A stretch of 64,000 bases of DNA from a virus. Taxonomy: Duplodnaviria > Caudoviricetes. The translations under genes and the position numbers were made by a program. The stretch lies in IMG/VR virus record IMGVR_UViG_3300029911_000026, positions 768 to 64,767 of that record; one strand, 5' to 3'. Below the pieces are notes generated by a model, which did no database searches, was not told the DNA's origin, and saw nothing but the letters and a program-made list of their open reading frames with translations. The number at the start of each line of letters is the position of its first letter. The stretch's first letter is position 1. Below, piece after piece: positions 28,425 to 38,444 of this stretch.

Positions 28425-29255
28425 GTCCGGAATCTGTGGCTCTGGCCAACATCTGCAGTTGAAAATCTGGCCGGCATGTGCCCTCTGTCCGCCTGACCCT
28501 GAGATGGGCGGGTCGTCCCAACGAATGAACCTGCCTTCCAGGGCGCGGTGGGAGCCGATGAAGCGCGCGCGCTCGGCGGGCGGCATACTCAGGGCCGGTC
28601 TTACGTCCGAGTCTTTGCGGGTGCGCCAAACGTAACCCTCGGAGCCGATATGCTGCGCGCGCGCCTGGACCAGCAGGGATGACGTGCGCGCTACTTCCGT
28701 CCGAGCAATGAGCTTGGCGCGGCCGATGGTGACGTTGCCGCTCTCTCGGATCTCGTCTGCGATCTCTGCTGCCCGGCGGCCGGTGAGCTGGGCCTCGCGG
28801 GTGAGATGGTGGACGCGCTGGGCGGCTTCGAGCGGGAGGCTCTTGATCAAGAGGACTTGCTCGTCCATCAGGTTGCGGCGGAGTAGGCCGGTGGGGGCTT
28901 CTTCTACCTCGCGGTGGAGTGCGCGACCTATCTCCGCACCGAATTGACGCCATGCTCGGAGGTCCTGCTGGGAAACCTGCGCTTGCATCCGTTCGGCGAT
29001 TGACTTTGCCCACGGCGCAAGGGCCTCGGCGTAAGCGAGCAGGGAAGCCCGTAGGCTAGCGGGGTCAACGATGACGCCCGCCTCCTCAAAGCCGCGTACG
29101 AGCTGGCCAACCTGCCGTCCTACTCCGACCAACTTCATGCCGAACTCGCGCTCTGCGATTGCCTTCATGCGGAAGCGCTCGCGGGTCTGCTTTCGGATGT
29201 CGGCGATCTCTTTGAGCGTTGGGCGCGCGGGCGGGGGTGTGGGCTTTGGGGCCAT
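28419..29255 (-). CDS. Minor head protein (phage Mu F family)
   Basis: LIKSLPLEAA.RV, AKLIARTE, GSEGYVWRT..D.DVR, HAGQIFNCRCWPEP. Confidence 0.92.
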   Translation of the reverse strand: MAPKPTPPPARPTLKEIADIRKQTRERFRMKAIAEREFGMKLVGVGRQVGQLVRGFEEAGVIVDPASLRASLLAYAEALAPWAKSIAERMQAQVSQQDLRAWRQFGAEIGRALHREVEEAPTGLLRRNLMDEQVLLIKSLPLEAAQRVHHLTREAQLTGRRAAEIADEIRESGNVTIGRAKLIARTEVARTSSLLVQARAQHIGSEGYVWRTRKDSDVRPALSMPPAERARFIGSHRALEGRFIRWDDPPISGSGGQRAHAGQIFNCRCWPEPQIPDL

Positions 29256-29626
29256 CAGGCTGTCTCGAAGCGGTTGGGCTTGAATTCATAGCCGGGCCAG
29301 GGAGCCTTGTGCGGGTCGATGATGGGCCGGCGGTGACGGATGGGAGAGATGGGAGCGGCGGGGCGGGGGTCCGGCTCGACCTCATCCTTATGCTCGCGGA
29401 GAAGCTGAATCAGGTAGGAGAGTGAGACGGTCTGCGGTCGCTCGTCCATCGGTAAGGGCTGGTCGAGGCACTTAGGGCAGTCGCGGCGCCCGCTCCCGAT
29501 CTTGCGAGTGAAGTTGTCTCCGCACCGCTCGCAGACTTTCAGCTCCAGCCGGTTCGGGTCTATGCGGCGGGTCGTCCCTGACAACTCGAAGATGGCGACG
29601 GAGGCTGCGCAGGGTCGGCGTGGCAT
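29255..29626 (-). CDS. Zn-ribbon hypothetical protein
   Basis: ELKVCERCG...R.....DCPKC. Confidence 0.5.
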   Translation of the reverse strand: MPRRPCAASVAIFELSGTTRRIDPNRLELKVCERCGDNFTRKIGSGRRDCPKCLDQPLPMDERPQTVSLSYLIQLLREHKDEVEPDPRPAAPISPIRHRRPIIDPHKAPWPGYEFKPNRFETA

Positions 29627-31143
29627 CAGGGCTTCGCTCCAGGCTTCGGGGCGGGCTCCTCAACTCCTGGCTCCTCGCCGGCATTGACTTCGGCAACTTC
29701 GACCTTCGTCGCGGTGGGAACCTGCGCCTCTGCCTCGGCGTCCTCAATCACCTGGTCAGGAATCATGGTCCAGCGGCCGGTGCGCGTTCCGCTGTTACGC
29801 ATCTCGCGCATGGCGACAACCGGGGTCACCACGCCCTTCTCGACCGCGTCGGTGAAGGTGCGGGTGTCGCGCTCGGCAATCTCGCTCTTCTCATTCTCGG
29901 TCAACTGCCAGAGCGACCGGAACTGGATACCGAAGCCGTCCGGAACTTTGATGCCCTCGCTCTGTGCGAGCATCCGGTACGTCATGGTCATGCCGATCTT
30001 GAGCTGGCGGTTCTGCTTCTGGAGGATGCCGTCATAGTACGTCCGGAGGTCGGACTCGCCGCTGGAGTTCAAGCCGGCCGGTGACTGGCCGAGCAGCCGG
30101 ACCAGGGGAACCTGCAGCGCTCCGCTGATCTGCATGGCGAACTGCATCAGGACGTCGGCGAGGCCGGTATAGGCGGTCGTGCCGCCTTCTTTGTATTCGT
30201 CCTCGGCGTCGAGTAAGGTGATGCCCTCAGAGCTTGCGAACTGGCGCATCAGCTCGATTTGCTTGATGAGCCCTTCCATCGCCTTGCCGCCGGCGGCGGC
30301 GATCTCGCGGAGGCCCTTGATGGCGTAGGTGCGGATGTAGGCCTTGTATACCAACTGCCCAGCGCCGGTCGTCGCTGAGTCGAAGATGACCAGGCGGTCG
30401 AAGAGGCGCTCGAGAACTGAGATGCCCCACATGTTCTCGGCGACGCGCTGCCAGTAGGGGAGCCTGACGCCTTCCAGCCGGATGACCCGGGTGTAGTGAA
30501 TCTTCTTCGTGCGGAGCCCGGGAGCGTTGGCGTCGACCGTGTAGAACTTCGGGAGGCCCATGAAGGGACCTTCCTCGGTGACCAGATCCTCCAGCGATGG
30601 TCGCACCATCCAGCGGTCGAGAACGATCTGCCCGCAGTATTGGCCCTTCCCTACGGTGTTGATCTTGAGCGGTGTCGAGTAATCCTGACCCTTGACCAGG
30701 TGTACGGCGATGCACCCGCCATAGAGTCTTGACCATGCGACGTTGTCGGCTGTGGCTCCCCAGACATCGAGGCTGGTCGCGGCCTCTTCGATCTTGGTGC
30801 GGTCCTCGGCCTTGAGCTCGCCCAGGATGTCGACGCCCGCGCGGGTCATGTCCTCCGCTACGACATCGATCGCCAGGCCGCCTATCCAGCTCCCGCGGTG
30901 TATCCATTCGAGCAGCGTGCGGATGCGGGTGATCGGGTTGAAGCCATACGTACTCGAACTGAGCAGGTTGTCAGCGCCGACTCCGAGCTTCGCGGCGAAA
31001 TTGTTGAAGCTGTCGAAGGTCTTGCCTGTAGCGGCGGAGCGGCCCTTGCGTTTCCTCGTCTGGGTCTGGAGAGCGTCGAGGGTTGCGGCCTCATCGGCCA
31101 GCGCTTGATCCCTCGTCTTAGTTGCGCTGCGCTTCGGCGGCAT
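29626..31143 (-). CDS. Portal protein (DUF1073)
   Basis: SWIGG.AID.VAEDMTRAG, WSRLYGG, IHYTRVIRL.G, PLVRLLGQSPAGLNSSGESDLRTYYD. Confidence 0.92.
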   Translation of the reverse strand: MPPKRSATKTRDQALADEAATLDALQTQTRKRKGRSAATGKTFDSFNNFAAKLGVGADNLLSSSTYGFNPITRIRTLLEWIHRGSWIGGLAIDVVAEDMTRAGVDILGELKAEDRTKIEEAATSLDVWGATADNVAWSRLYGGCIAVHLVKGQDYSTPLKINTVGKGQYCGQIVLDRWMVRPSLEDLVTEEGPFMGLPKFYTVDANAPGLRTKKIHYTRVIRLEGVRLPYWQRVAENMWGISVLERLFDRLVIFDSATTGAGQLVYKAYIRTYAIKGLREIAAAGGKAMEGLIKQIELMRQFASSEGITLLDAEDEYKEGGTTAYTGLADVLMQFAMQISGALQVPLVRLLGQSPAGLNSSGESDLRTYYDGILQKQNRQLKIGMTMTYRMLAQSEGIKVPDGFGIQFRSLWQLTENEKSEIAERDTRTFTDAVEKGVVTPVVAMREMRNSGTRTGRWTMIPDQVIEDAEAEAQVPTATKVEVAEVNAGEEPGVEEPAPKPGAKP

Positions 31144-31179
31144 CGAGACTCTCCGGATGAGCGATGGTAGCACGAAGTC

Positions 31180-32553
31180 TCATGCTCCCAATCTTTCCCA
31201 CATGCCCAGCAGCCCGCGGCGCTGGATAAAGCCGTCGAGCGCGTAGCGTTCAGCATCGGGGCAATGGTTGTGTTTGTCAACTGCCATCGGCAAGATTTGG
31301 CCGGTGGCCTTGTCGATCTTGTAGCTGTAGAGCTTGAACTCGTCGGCGGTGTGCCGGCAGCGGGTGTGGATGTGGATCTTCCGGAAGGCGCGGAGATGGG
31401 CGATGCCGTCCTCGACGCACCCCTCCCACTTCTCAGCGGCTTCGATGTTGAATCCCTGGCGACGCATGTAGGAGATGAGTTCCGGACGGGCGCTGTCCGC
31501 TTTGATGGGCCACTTGCGCGCGGTGGGCACGGTCTGATCCCACATTGCAGCCGTGTCGTTGATCTCCAGGCCAACCTGCCAGCCCTCCCGGTCAATCCAG
31601 AGTTCCTCTTCCCCAATGCTGCCGGTGATGTAGGAGCGGAGGATGACCTGCGGGTCGATGGCGAAGCCCCAATCGACGCCATGGTGGAACACGGCATCAG
31701 CCGGGGTGTCGAAGTCATGCACGATGTACTTGTCTTTGAAGATGCAAGCGTCGGCGTGCATCCGGAGATGGCCGTCCCAGATATGGGCTGCGGCCTCTGG
31801 GTCCGTGAGGAAGGCGTGATCTTTCTCGAAGCGCATCTCATCGGTGAACCAGAGGTTCTCTCGCCAGTTCAGCTCGATCACCGCGGCGCCGGCCGGTATG
31901 CCCGTGCCGTCAGGATGGAAGCGCTGATAGGTCGCATCGCTGGCCAGGTTCGGGTTGTAGCTGATCCAGATCTCCGAGCCCTTCTTGCGGATGGTCGGGA
32001 TGATGACTTCCCAGGTGCGGTCGGTGACGCTCTCTGCTTCTTCGACCCAGAGGATGTCAAAGCTCTCGAAGGATTTCAGCTTGGTCCGGCTGGCGCCGGT
32101 GCTCATGTCGCCCAGCCCAACGAAGCGGAACATCGTGCCGTTTGGTGCGGTGATGCTCTTCGCGGTGACGTGGTACCAGTCGCTTAGGCCGAGAAGCTCG
32201 ATCTGGTCTTTCAGCAGCCGGTGTACCGAGTCCTCCATCGTGTTCATGAACTCGCGACCACAGAGGATGCGGAGGCGCTTCTGCTGGCCGAGGATGAGCA
32301 GGGCCCGGGCTATGGACCAGGACTTTACCCCACCGCGGCCTCCGTACAGGATCTTGTACCGGTGTGGCTCGAACAGAGGCGCGAGCTTCTCATGGAACTG
32401 AATCCGGTTGGCCCGGACTGGCGGGAGCATGGAGCCGCCATACTTGACGAAGCAGTCGATCTCCGCGATGTGCCCGCCATAGTGGGAGAAGGGGTCATCT
32501 GCGGCCTGGTAGACCTGGACTAAGGGTGGGCGGTCGAAGTGCGGCGGGATCAT
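31180..32553 (-). CDS. terL: Terminase large subunit, PBSX family
   Basis: YGGRGGVKS, CGREFMN, WVEEAE, IPTIRK, GVDWGF, ADSARPE, DKHNHC.DA.RYA. Confidence 0.95.
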   Translation of the reverse strand: MIPPHFDRPPLVQVYQAADDPFSHYGGHIAEIDCFVKYGGSMLPPVRANRIQFHEKLAPLFEPHRYKILYGGRGGVKSWSIARALLILGQQKRLRILCGREFMNTMEDSVHRLLKDQIELLGLSDWYHVTAKSITAPNGTMFRFVGLGDMSTGASRTKLKSFESFDILWVEEAESVTDRTWEVIIPTIRKKGSEIWISYNPNLASDATYQRFHPDGTGIPAGAAVIELNWRENLWFTDEMRFEKDHAFLTDPEAAAHIWDGHLRMHADACIFKDKYIVHDFDTPADAVFHHGVDWGFAIDPQVILRSYITGSIGEEELWIDREGWQVGLEINDTAAMWDQTVPTARKWPIKADSARPELISYMRRQGFNIEAAEKWEGCVEDGIAHLRAFRKIHIHTRCRHTADEFKLYSYKIDKATGQILPMAVDKHNHCPDAERYALDGFIQRRGLLGMWERLGA

Positions 32554-33164
32554 GCGATTACCACCGTCCCCTCCGGGTGATCGATCTTGAACTGCGGCAG
32601 CGCGTCCTCTGGGATGTAGCCGCTCACCCCGTTCGGCATCCGTACCAGGACCATCGTTGGCGGCTTGGCCGGCAGGAACTCAATCGTGAACATCGGCGTG
32701 TCGTACCGCTCGTGGGACTCGATCTCCTCCGGCTTGACCGTCCGGGCCCGGGCTTCCATGTCGGAGCCGACCTTGCCCAGCGCCATCAACTGCTGGACGC
32801 TCATCTTGTCGAGGTCGGCGTCTGTGAGCTTGCGCAGGGCGTTGACAGCCCGGTTCTGGAAGGCGATGCCGAGGGATGCCTGACGGCGGCGCATCTCGGC
32901 CGTGCCGTTGAGGACTTCTTCGTTGATTACGCGGTTCTGATGGCGGTCCCATGCGGAGCAGCGGCGGACCCAGCCATGCTTGCTGGACCACTGTTCGAGC
33001 AGGGTATCGCTCTTCCCCTGTCCGTCCCTCAGCTTTGCCGCAGCCTTGGGTATAGAACGCTCGGCGCCGAGATCCCGGTAGGCGAGAAAGGCCTCGAAGG
33101 CTTGGGCGCTTTCATTTTCCTGCATGTCCCATGGTTTTAGGGCATCTGGGGCGAGACTCGGCAT
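32550..33164 (-). CDS. Terminase small subunit-like protein
   Basis: Directly upstream of terL; ES.QAFEAF..YRDLG..RS, WS.KH.WV.R..AWD. Confidence 0.7.
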   Translation of the reverse strand: MPSLAPDALKPWDMQENESAQAFEAFLAYRDLGAERSIPKAAAKLRDGQGKSDTLLEQWSSKHGWVRRCSAWDRHQNRVINEEVLNGTAEMRRRQASLGIAFQNRAVNALRKLTDADLDKMSVQQLMALGKVGSDMEARARTVKPEEIESHERYDTPMFTIEFLPAKPPTMVLVRMPNGVSGYIPEDALPQFKIDHPEGTVVIA

Positions 33165-33416
33165 GGGATAGAGTATGGGCCTGGAGGGGGGTTGGGTGCA
33201 AGCTCAATCGGCCAGCCCCGGGGAGCCGCTGAAGGTGTGGCTTCCCCTTCGTGCAATTCAGGGTAGCGGGTGCAAAGGCACATAGGGTCTGTGCACGGGC
33301 CGCTGTGCTGAGGGTGTGGGCACGTCACGCACTTGCGGCGGTCTGCGGGGGAACGTAGGAAGGCTCAGGAATCGGGTCTGCATCTTCGTACTCGTCCATG
33401 TTATCTGCTGGCATGT

Positions 33417-33959
33417 CTACTCCTCCATTGCGGCGCGTATGGCCGCTTCAATGTCTGGAAAGTTGCAAAAGAATGGGTACTTCTTTGCGGCAGAAGTCCA
33501 GGCTCCGCGCGCAATCTCAATCGCCTTCTCCATCCCCTTGCGCTCGGCTGCTTTGGCTGATTCTTCAGCCTTCTCCAGTCTTTTGATGAACTCAACGCCC
33601 TTCCCTGACTGCTTAAGGAATTCTCCCAGTGTTGCCCAATTCTGCTTGGCGTTGCTGGCAACCTCTTCACCTAGAAAACCGTCCGCCCACCAGTTGACCC
33701 ATCCCTTGTGTGAGGCCATGAACTCAAGCGTTGCCGCGACCTCAGCAGCAGCAATCTTGGCTGATTCACGCAAGGCCGCGTTCTTCTCTTCGTATTTCTC
33801 TGCGCGGGCCTTCCATTCAAGAGCCTCTTCCAGACACCTGTCGCGGTCGAGTTCCAATGCAGCGTGACGATCCTTCCATGCGTCACGGTCGGCAATCATC
33901 TCATCCAATGCGGCGCTCAACAGGACTTTGGATGGGAGTGGCTTCAGTGTGTCGTTCAT
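33417..33959 (-). CDS. Hypothetical coiled-coil protein
   Basis: ORF overlapping neighbour start/stop. Confidence 0.55.
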   Translation of the reverse strand: MNDTLKPLPSKVLLSAALDEMIADRDAWKDRHAALELDRDRCLEEALEWKARAEKYEEKNAALRESAKIAAAEVAATLEFMASHKGWVNWWADGFLGEEVASNAKQNWATLGEFLKQSGKGVEFIKRLEKAEESAKAAERKGMEKAIEIARGAWTSAAKKYPFFCNFPDIEAAIRAAMEE

Positions 33960-34303
33960 CGCTCTGCCTCCAGAAATGCCTTCGCCTCAGCGTGAGCGCA
34001 ATTCGCGGGGTCGCCACACTCACCGTCGCAGTCGCTTTGTATCACACATCCGCCTAGCAACTCTTCGGCCTTCTCCAGCCGCGTGATGAGGTTAAGCACG
34101 GCTGCGGGGTTGGCGGCGGCGATGTAGGCTGCGTCTTCCTCCGTTCCCCAATCTGAATTGAAGAGAACGTGGATTGCGTTCGGGCCAGCCTTTTCGAGCG
34201 GCAGCTTGGTGTAGACAAAGGCATCATCCTTTTCCTCGTCGTAACCAGAAAACCACTCATCTTGATTGGCCTTCAATGCGAGTTCCTTTAGCTTACTGTC
34301 CAT
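33956..34303 (-). CDS. Ead/Ea22-like protein
   Basis: LKELALKA...DAAYIAAANP..VL.LI. Confidence 0.7.
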   Translation of the reverse strand: MDSKLKELALKANQDEWFSGYDEEKDDAFVYTKLPLEKAGPNAIHVLFNSDWGTEEDAAYIAAANPAAVLNLITRLEKAEELLGGCVIQSDCDGECGDPANCAHAEAKAFLEAER

Positions 34304-34535
34304 GTGTCTCCTTCCGGGGAGTGGCTGGAGGATCGGGCAACGGCTGCCAGTGGGTAATCTCCTGCATAATTTCGTCCGTGCCGGGTGAACCGAAGAAGTA
34401 CCAGTGTCCGGGGCAATGGCGACAGATGCAATTTCGCCAATAAGCCGTAAACTCGTTCTGACGTTCCGGCTCCCATACGAGCACCGCACCGCTGCACTCC
34501 GGTATACGATCCTTTACGTCAATCCAAACTGCCAT
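34293..34535 (-). CDS. DUF551 protein
   Basis: WIDVKDRIPE...ITHWQPLPDPP. Confidence 0.8.
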   Translation of the reverse strand: MAVWIDVKDRIPECSGAVLVWEPERQNEFTAYWRNCICRHCPGHWYFFGSPGTDEIMQEITHWQPLPDPPATPRKETHGQ

Positions 34536-34755
34536 CTCTGCTCTCCTTCCTAAACTTCGGCGGGGCTGGTTTGTCTTCGCGTGGCATCCAATATCGAACG
34601 CTTGGCCCGTCTCCGCTAAATGGAAAATCTTCGATATCCGGGTTGTAGACGGCTTCATGCACAACGTATTCCTTGTGCCTGTTACGATAGCAAGCGACCC
34701 ATACCATCTGTCCCGACTTCGGCTTGCGCCGCTTCACGCTGATCCACTCTGCCAT
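34519..34755 (-). CDS. DUF551-like paralog
   Basis: EWISVKRRKP...VRYWMP. Confidence 0.65.
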   Translation of the reverse strand: MAEWISVKRRKPKSGQMVWVACYRNRHKEYVVHEAVYNPDIEDFPFSGDGPSVRYWMPREDKPAPPKFRKESRDGSLD

Positions 34756-35575
34756 GCTCTTCTCCTTCGGCCTGGGCCGTGTTGGGGCTACTTCAATCCA
34801 GCCTTCTTCCTACATGTTTCGCAGGTGACTTTGGTGTCGTTCCAGACGAAGTTGCTTTCCATACCTCCCTTGACATAGGGAAGCACACCTACGCGCCCGA
34901 CTCCACAATAGGTATGCGTGTAGAACGGCCCGCTGAGTTTATGTAGCTTCTTCACGGCTTCCCTTCCTTCCTTCCTTACTTCGTTCCGGTCACAGAGCAG
35001 CTACCTTGGGGCAGAGCCGCGCATCCGGTTGGCGTTGCTTTGGTGGGGCAGCAAGAGCAGCAGACGGAAATCCAGTCGCAGAACTCGGTGCGCTCTTCTA
35101 GCTCTTCGGCGAGACGTTGGTCCAATTCGGTGTTCATGGTGTGCCTTTCTGGTTGGTGGTGCGTGGGTGTCTATATATTGCGCGGTTGAATGTTGCTGCG
35201 GTCGATGGGCTTCAGGACGCTTTTCTGTTTCACAACGGCGGCTTCATGCGCTCTCTGGCGTTCGGCTTTGCGCTGAATCTCGGCTTGGACGCGAGCGGCT
35301 TTGCATGAGCAACAGTCGCACCATTCGTCATAGCCGATATAGCGGTCGCAGATGTCGTACATCACTTCTCCTTTCCAGTAACCGGAACCTTGCACGTCCT
35401 CACCTTGGCTTGCGTTCGCCAAACTTCTTTTGCCACTGACGGTCAAGATGCCAGCGCAATAGTAATACGGCGGGGATTGTTCCCCAGCAGATAACGGCCA
35501 TCACCGTGTCTTGCCAGTTCCATGCGTTAGGATCGTATGCCATCACTTACCTACTTTCTTCACGCTGCACGTCCG

Positions 35576-36436
35576 CTACGCCTCTACGAACTTCGCGTTG
35601 CCCTTGCCGTCCACGTTGATCCTGTACGCCACATCCGGCTTGATACCATCTTCGCCAACGTAGCCGACTAGGATACGGTCACGCTTGCCGTCTGAGTACG
35701 CAGACGCAAAGCATCCATCCTTCCCCGCTTGCACAATGCAGCCACGGCCTGCCGCCATAGCGATAGTCTTGTCCCCTGAGGATGCCGCCGTGCTGGAGTT
35801 CCCTGAGGATGCCGCCGTGCTGGAGTACCCTGAGGATGCCGCCGTGCTGGAGTTCCCTGAGGATGCCGCCGTGCTGGAGTCCCCTGAGGATGCCGCCTTG
35901 CTGTAGTCCCCTGAGGATGCCGCCGTGCTGGAGTCCCCTGAGGATGCCGCCGTGCTGTAGTTCCCTGAGGATGCCGCCGTGCTGGAGTACCCTGAGGATG
36001 CCGCCGTGCTGGAGTCCCCTGAGGATGCCGCCGTGCTGGAGTCCCCTGAGGAGATATTGGTAGGCTCCCCCTTCTTGGCGTTCGCCTTGACCTCAGTAAG
36101 CATATCCTTGAAATGCTGCTGATGATTGAGCACCATCGTTACCGCTTCAGCCATACCGCCGCTGTAGACGACTACGCCACGCGGGAACTTCACCTTTTGC
36201 TCGTCGATCTTGACGATGGCCTCCGACTCAACCTCCACTACCTGCCAGATTGCATCGTGAGACTGATTGAGTAACGACCAATCGCCGTCACCCCACAGAA
36301 GCCCATGCAGACCTCCTCCACAGCGCGGGGTAGCATCCCAATCAGGGCACTCCACCGGGCCGGAAGTAGGCCACTGAAAACCACTGTGCGACGTTCCATC
36401 TGCTCTGCACGTCCGAATCACTAAGACCTTTGCCAT
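35576..36436 (-). CDS. Phage protein with SSGxSSTAA repeat solenoid
   Basis: GFQWP.SG.VE.PDW....CGGGLHG, KVKFPRG, GYVGEDGIKP...Y. Confidence 0.75.
   Translation of the reverse strand: MAKVLVIRTCRADGTSHSGFQWPTSGPVECPDWDATPRCGGGLHGLLWGDGDWSLLNQSHDAIWQVVEVESEAIVKIDEQKVKFPRGVVVYSGGMAEAVTMVLNHQQHFKDMLTEVKANAKKGEPTNISSGDSSTAASSGDSSTAASSGYSSTAASSGNYSTAASSGDSSTAASSGDYSKAASSGDSSTAASSGNSSTAASSGYSSTAASSGNSSTAASSGDKTIAMAAGRGCIVQAGKDGCFASAYSDGKRDRILVGYVGEDGIKPDVAYRINVDGKGNAKFVEA
35771..36052. repeat. About 10 tandem 27-bp in-frame repeats
   Basis: Unit CCTGAGGATGCCGCCGTGCTGGAGTCC with few substitutions. Confidence 0.95.
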
Positions 36437-36446
36437 GACAATCTCC

Positions 36447-36803
36447 TTAGAATGTTCCCCAAAACTGTTTATCGGTTGGAAGGTACTCGCGCCACGCCTC
36501 ATCAAAAAGGCAGTTGGTGGGAGCGTCTACGAATAGCGGGGCGATCTCCGCATCCTTGAAACCTGCAATACCGCAGCCCAGGCGCGTGACCTGAAAACTG
36601 AGGTCTTCGTGGTTCCGGGCGAAGTCCTTGAATTGCTGCACGGCCTCAAAGGTATCGCCAAAGGTTCCCATTGTAGGCACGGCGTAGGAGTCACCTTGCA
36701 AGCCTTCGCCCACGCCCCAGACAGCACCCTTTGAGTGGTGAGCGTAACGGGCCGCGCCGCCTGCATGATGGCCGTCTTTGTTTGAGCCGAAAACGAAAAT
36801 CAT
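36447..36803 (-). CDS. A1S_2505-family phage protein
   Basis: IFVFGSN..G.H.GGAA, G.GEGLQG.SYAVPT, F.VT..GCGIAG. Confidence 0.75.
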   Translation of the reverse strand: MIFVFGSNKDGHHAGGAARYAHHSKGAVWGVGEGLQGDSYAVPTMGTFGDTFEAVQQFKDFARNHEDLSFQVTRLGCGIAGFKDAEIAPLFVDAPTNCLFDEAWREYLPTDKQFWGTF

Positions 36804-37294
36804 CTGCTTTCTCCTTTGTGAACCTTGCACGTCCTCACCTTGTAGTGCTTGTGCATGTGGCAGTGCTTCACGGGTGCATCGGTTGAAATTGTTGCCGTCC
36901 CGCCGCTCTGCATCTTGTACGAAACATCGGGCCAAGTGAACTCGCTCTGCGCTTCGGGGAACAGGATGCACAGCGCGATTCCGGCCTCAGTCGTCACGAG
37001 GACGCGGCGCTTATCGAGGCAGGTAAAGCGACTCTTCTGGTACGTGTAGAGGCCCGGTGGGTCATACTTCGGATTGGCCTCAATCCACGTACACGCGCCC
37101 ATGTCGCACACCTGATAGCCGGGGTTGCCGTAGAACTCGGTCACGGCAGGGACGACCATCGGCGGGACTACTACGCCCTGCGTCTGCAAGGGAGGAGAGT
37201 GTTGCATGGATACCTCACCGCATGGTGTGGCGAGAGTGCATGGAATTGCTACCTGCGGGTGCATCAGGGCGAGTATCAGAGCGAGATGAATCAT
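36800..37294 (-). CDS. Hypothetical Cys-containing protein with hydrophobic N-terminus
   Basis: MIHLALILALMHPQVA. Confidence 0.45.
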   Translation of the reverse strand: MIHLALILALMHPQVAIPCTLATPCGEVSMQHSPPLQTQGVVVPPMVVPAVTEFYGNPGYQVCDMGACTWIEANPKYDPPGLYTYQKSRFTCLDKRRVLVTTEAGIALCILFPEAQSEFTWPDVSYKMQSGGTATISTDAPVKHCHMHKHYKVRTCKVHKGESR

Positions 37295-37843
37295 GCGGAT
37301 TTCCTCCCGATGAGTTCAGTTCTGGCCGGCATGACCAGAACGGTTTTGGTCTCTCCCGGCGGTGGCGGGTTGACGGGAACGCGGCGCCCGAAGAGTGTGA
37401 GCCAGATCATTCCGCAGAGCCAGGCGAGGCGTTGCAAGAGGTAGGTTGCGAGCCAGACGATTCCGAGGATGGCGAGGTAGGTCATGCAGCCCTCGATTCC
37501 GGATTCCGGAAAAGCTGGAGCATGGCGCGATCGTAATCGGCTTTCAGATCGGAGCGGGTGAGCCCTTCCGCTTTCATGCGCTGGAGGATGAGCTGGACGG
37601 TTTCCGCGGAGCTGTCCCGGGCCGGTTGCGGGAGCCGCGTGTTCTTTACGCGCTCCTCGGCTTCGGTGAGGCATTGGTGGAGGGTCGCGTAGGTCATTGG
37701 CCAGCCTCCATTTCGTCCGCCTCGGAATAGCTTGCCACGTCGGAGCGAACATCTGCCGGAAGAGATGCGAAGGAACCTGCGGCGACCTGCTCGGCGATTA
37801 TGGGATCGAGCCAGCCGGTTTGTGTCGGTGTTTCCATATACAA

Positions 37844-37872
37844 ATACTATCAAAGTATTAGCGTGATGTACA
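37844..37872 (-). promoter_or_regulatory. Phage promoter (TGTACA class)
   Basis: TGTACA-N17-TAGTAT. Confidence 0.7.
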
Positions 37873-37877
37873 GGGAA

Positions 37878-38444
37878 TTATAGCGCTCCATCGACGGCGC
37901 GCAGGACATCCTTGACCAGCAGGTCGAGGTCCAGGCCATCCTTACAGCAGCATTGGAGGACGTGGCGGACGGCTCTGGCTTTTCCGGATTCCGGAATCTG
38001 CGGGCTGCAAGGTTCCACCATGCTTTCGTCGACGAGCAGCGCCTGGAGCTTGTCGAATTTCACTTCGGCTATCTGATCAGGACCTACCGTCCGGACCTGC
38101 CCGATCATGCCGATGAACCTCTGCGACTCTGGCCTTGGCGACGAGACAATCCGCACCCATGCACCTTCGACCAGCGCCTTCTTCGGGTTGGCTGCGCGAT
38201 AGGCTTTGACCTCGTCGCAGTCGTGCGCGAGCTGGTTGATCTCCGAGCAGATGGTGACCCGATTGCAGATGGAGCATTGCCAGCCAGCGAGAAGGACGCC
38301 TCGGATTTCATCGGGAAGGTTGATCTTGGCGAGCTCGGATTGGTTCGACTGCGCCCAGAGGACGCGCAGATAGAGGCGTGGACGAAGTCCACCGGACTTG
38401 TCCCATACGTAGTCTGTAGTGAACTCCACTTTGGAGTCGATCAT
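37878..38444 (-). CDS. Hypothetical protein
   Basis: ORF coupled to upstream gene. Confidence 0.5.
   Translation of the reverse strand: MIDSKVEFTTDYVWDKSGGLRPRLYLRVLWAQSNQSELAKINLPDEIRGVLLAGWQCSICNRVTICSEINQLAHDCDEVKAYRAANPKKALVEGAWVRIVSSPRPESQRFIGMIGQVRTVGPDQIAEVKFDKLQALLVDESMVEPCSPQIPESGKARAVRHVLQCCCKDGLDLDLLVKDVLRAVDGAL

Noticed and set aside
29626-31143. Anti-CBASS Acb1 call often given to DUF1073 proteins
   Set aside because: Position after terL and motifs indicate the portal; no HxT phosphodiesterase domain seen
35771-36052. CRISPR array or DGR variable region
   Set aside because: Contiguous in-frame 27-bp units without spacers; no cas or reverse transcriptase gene in window
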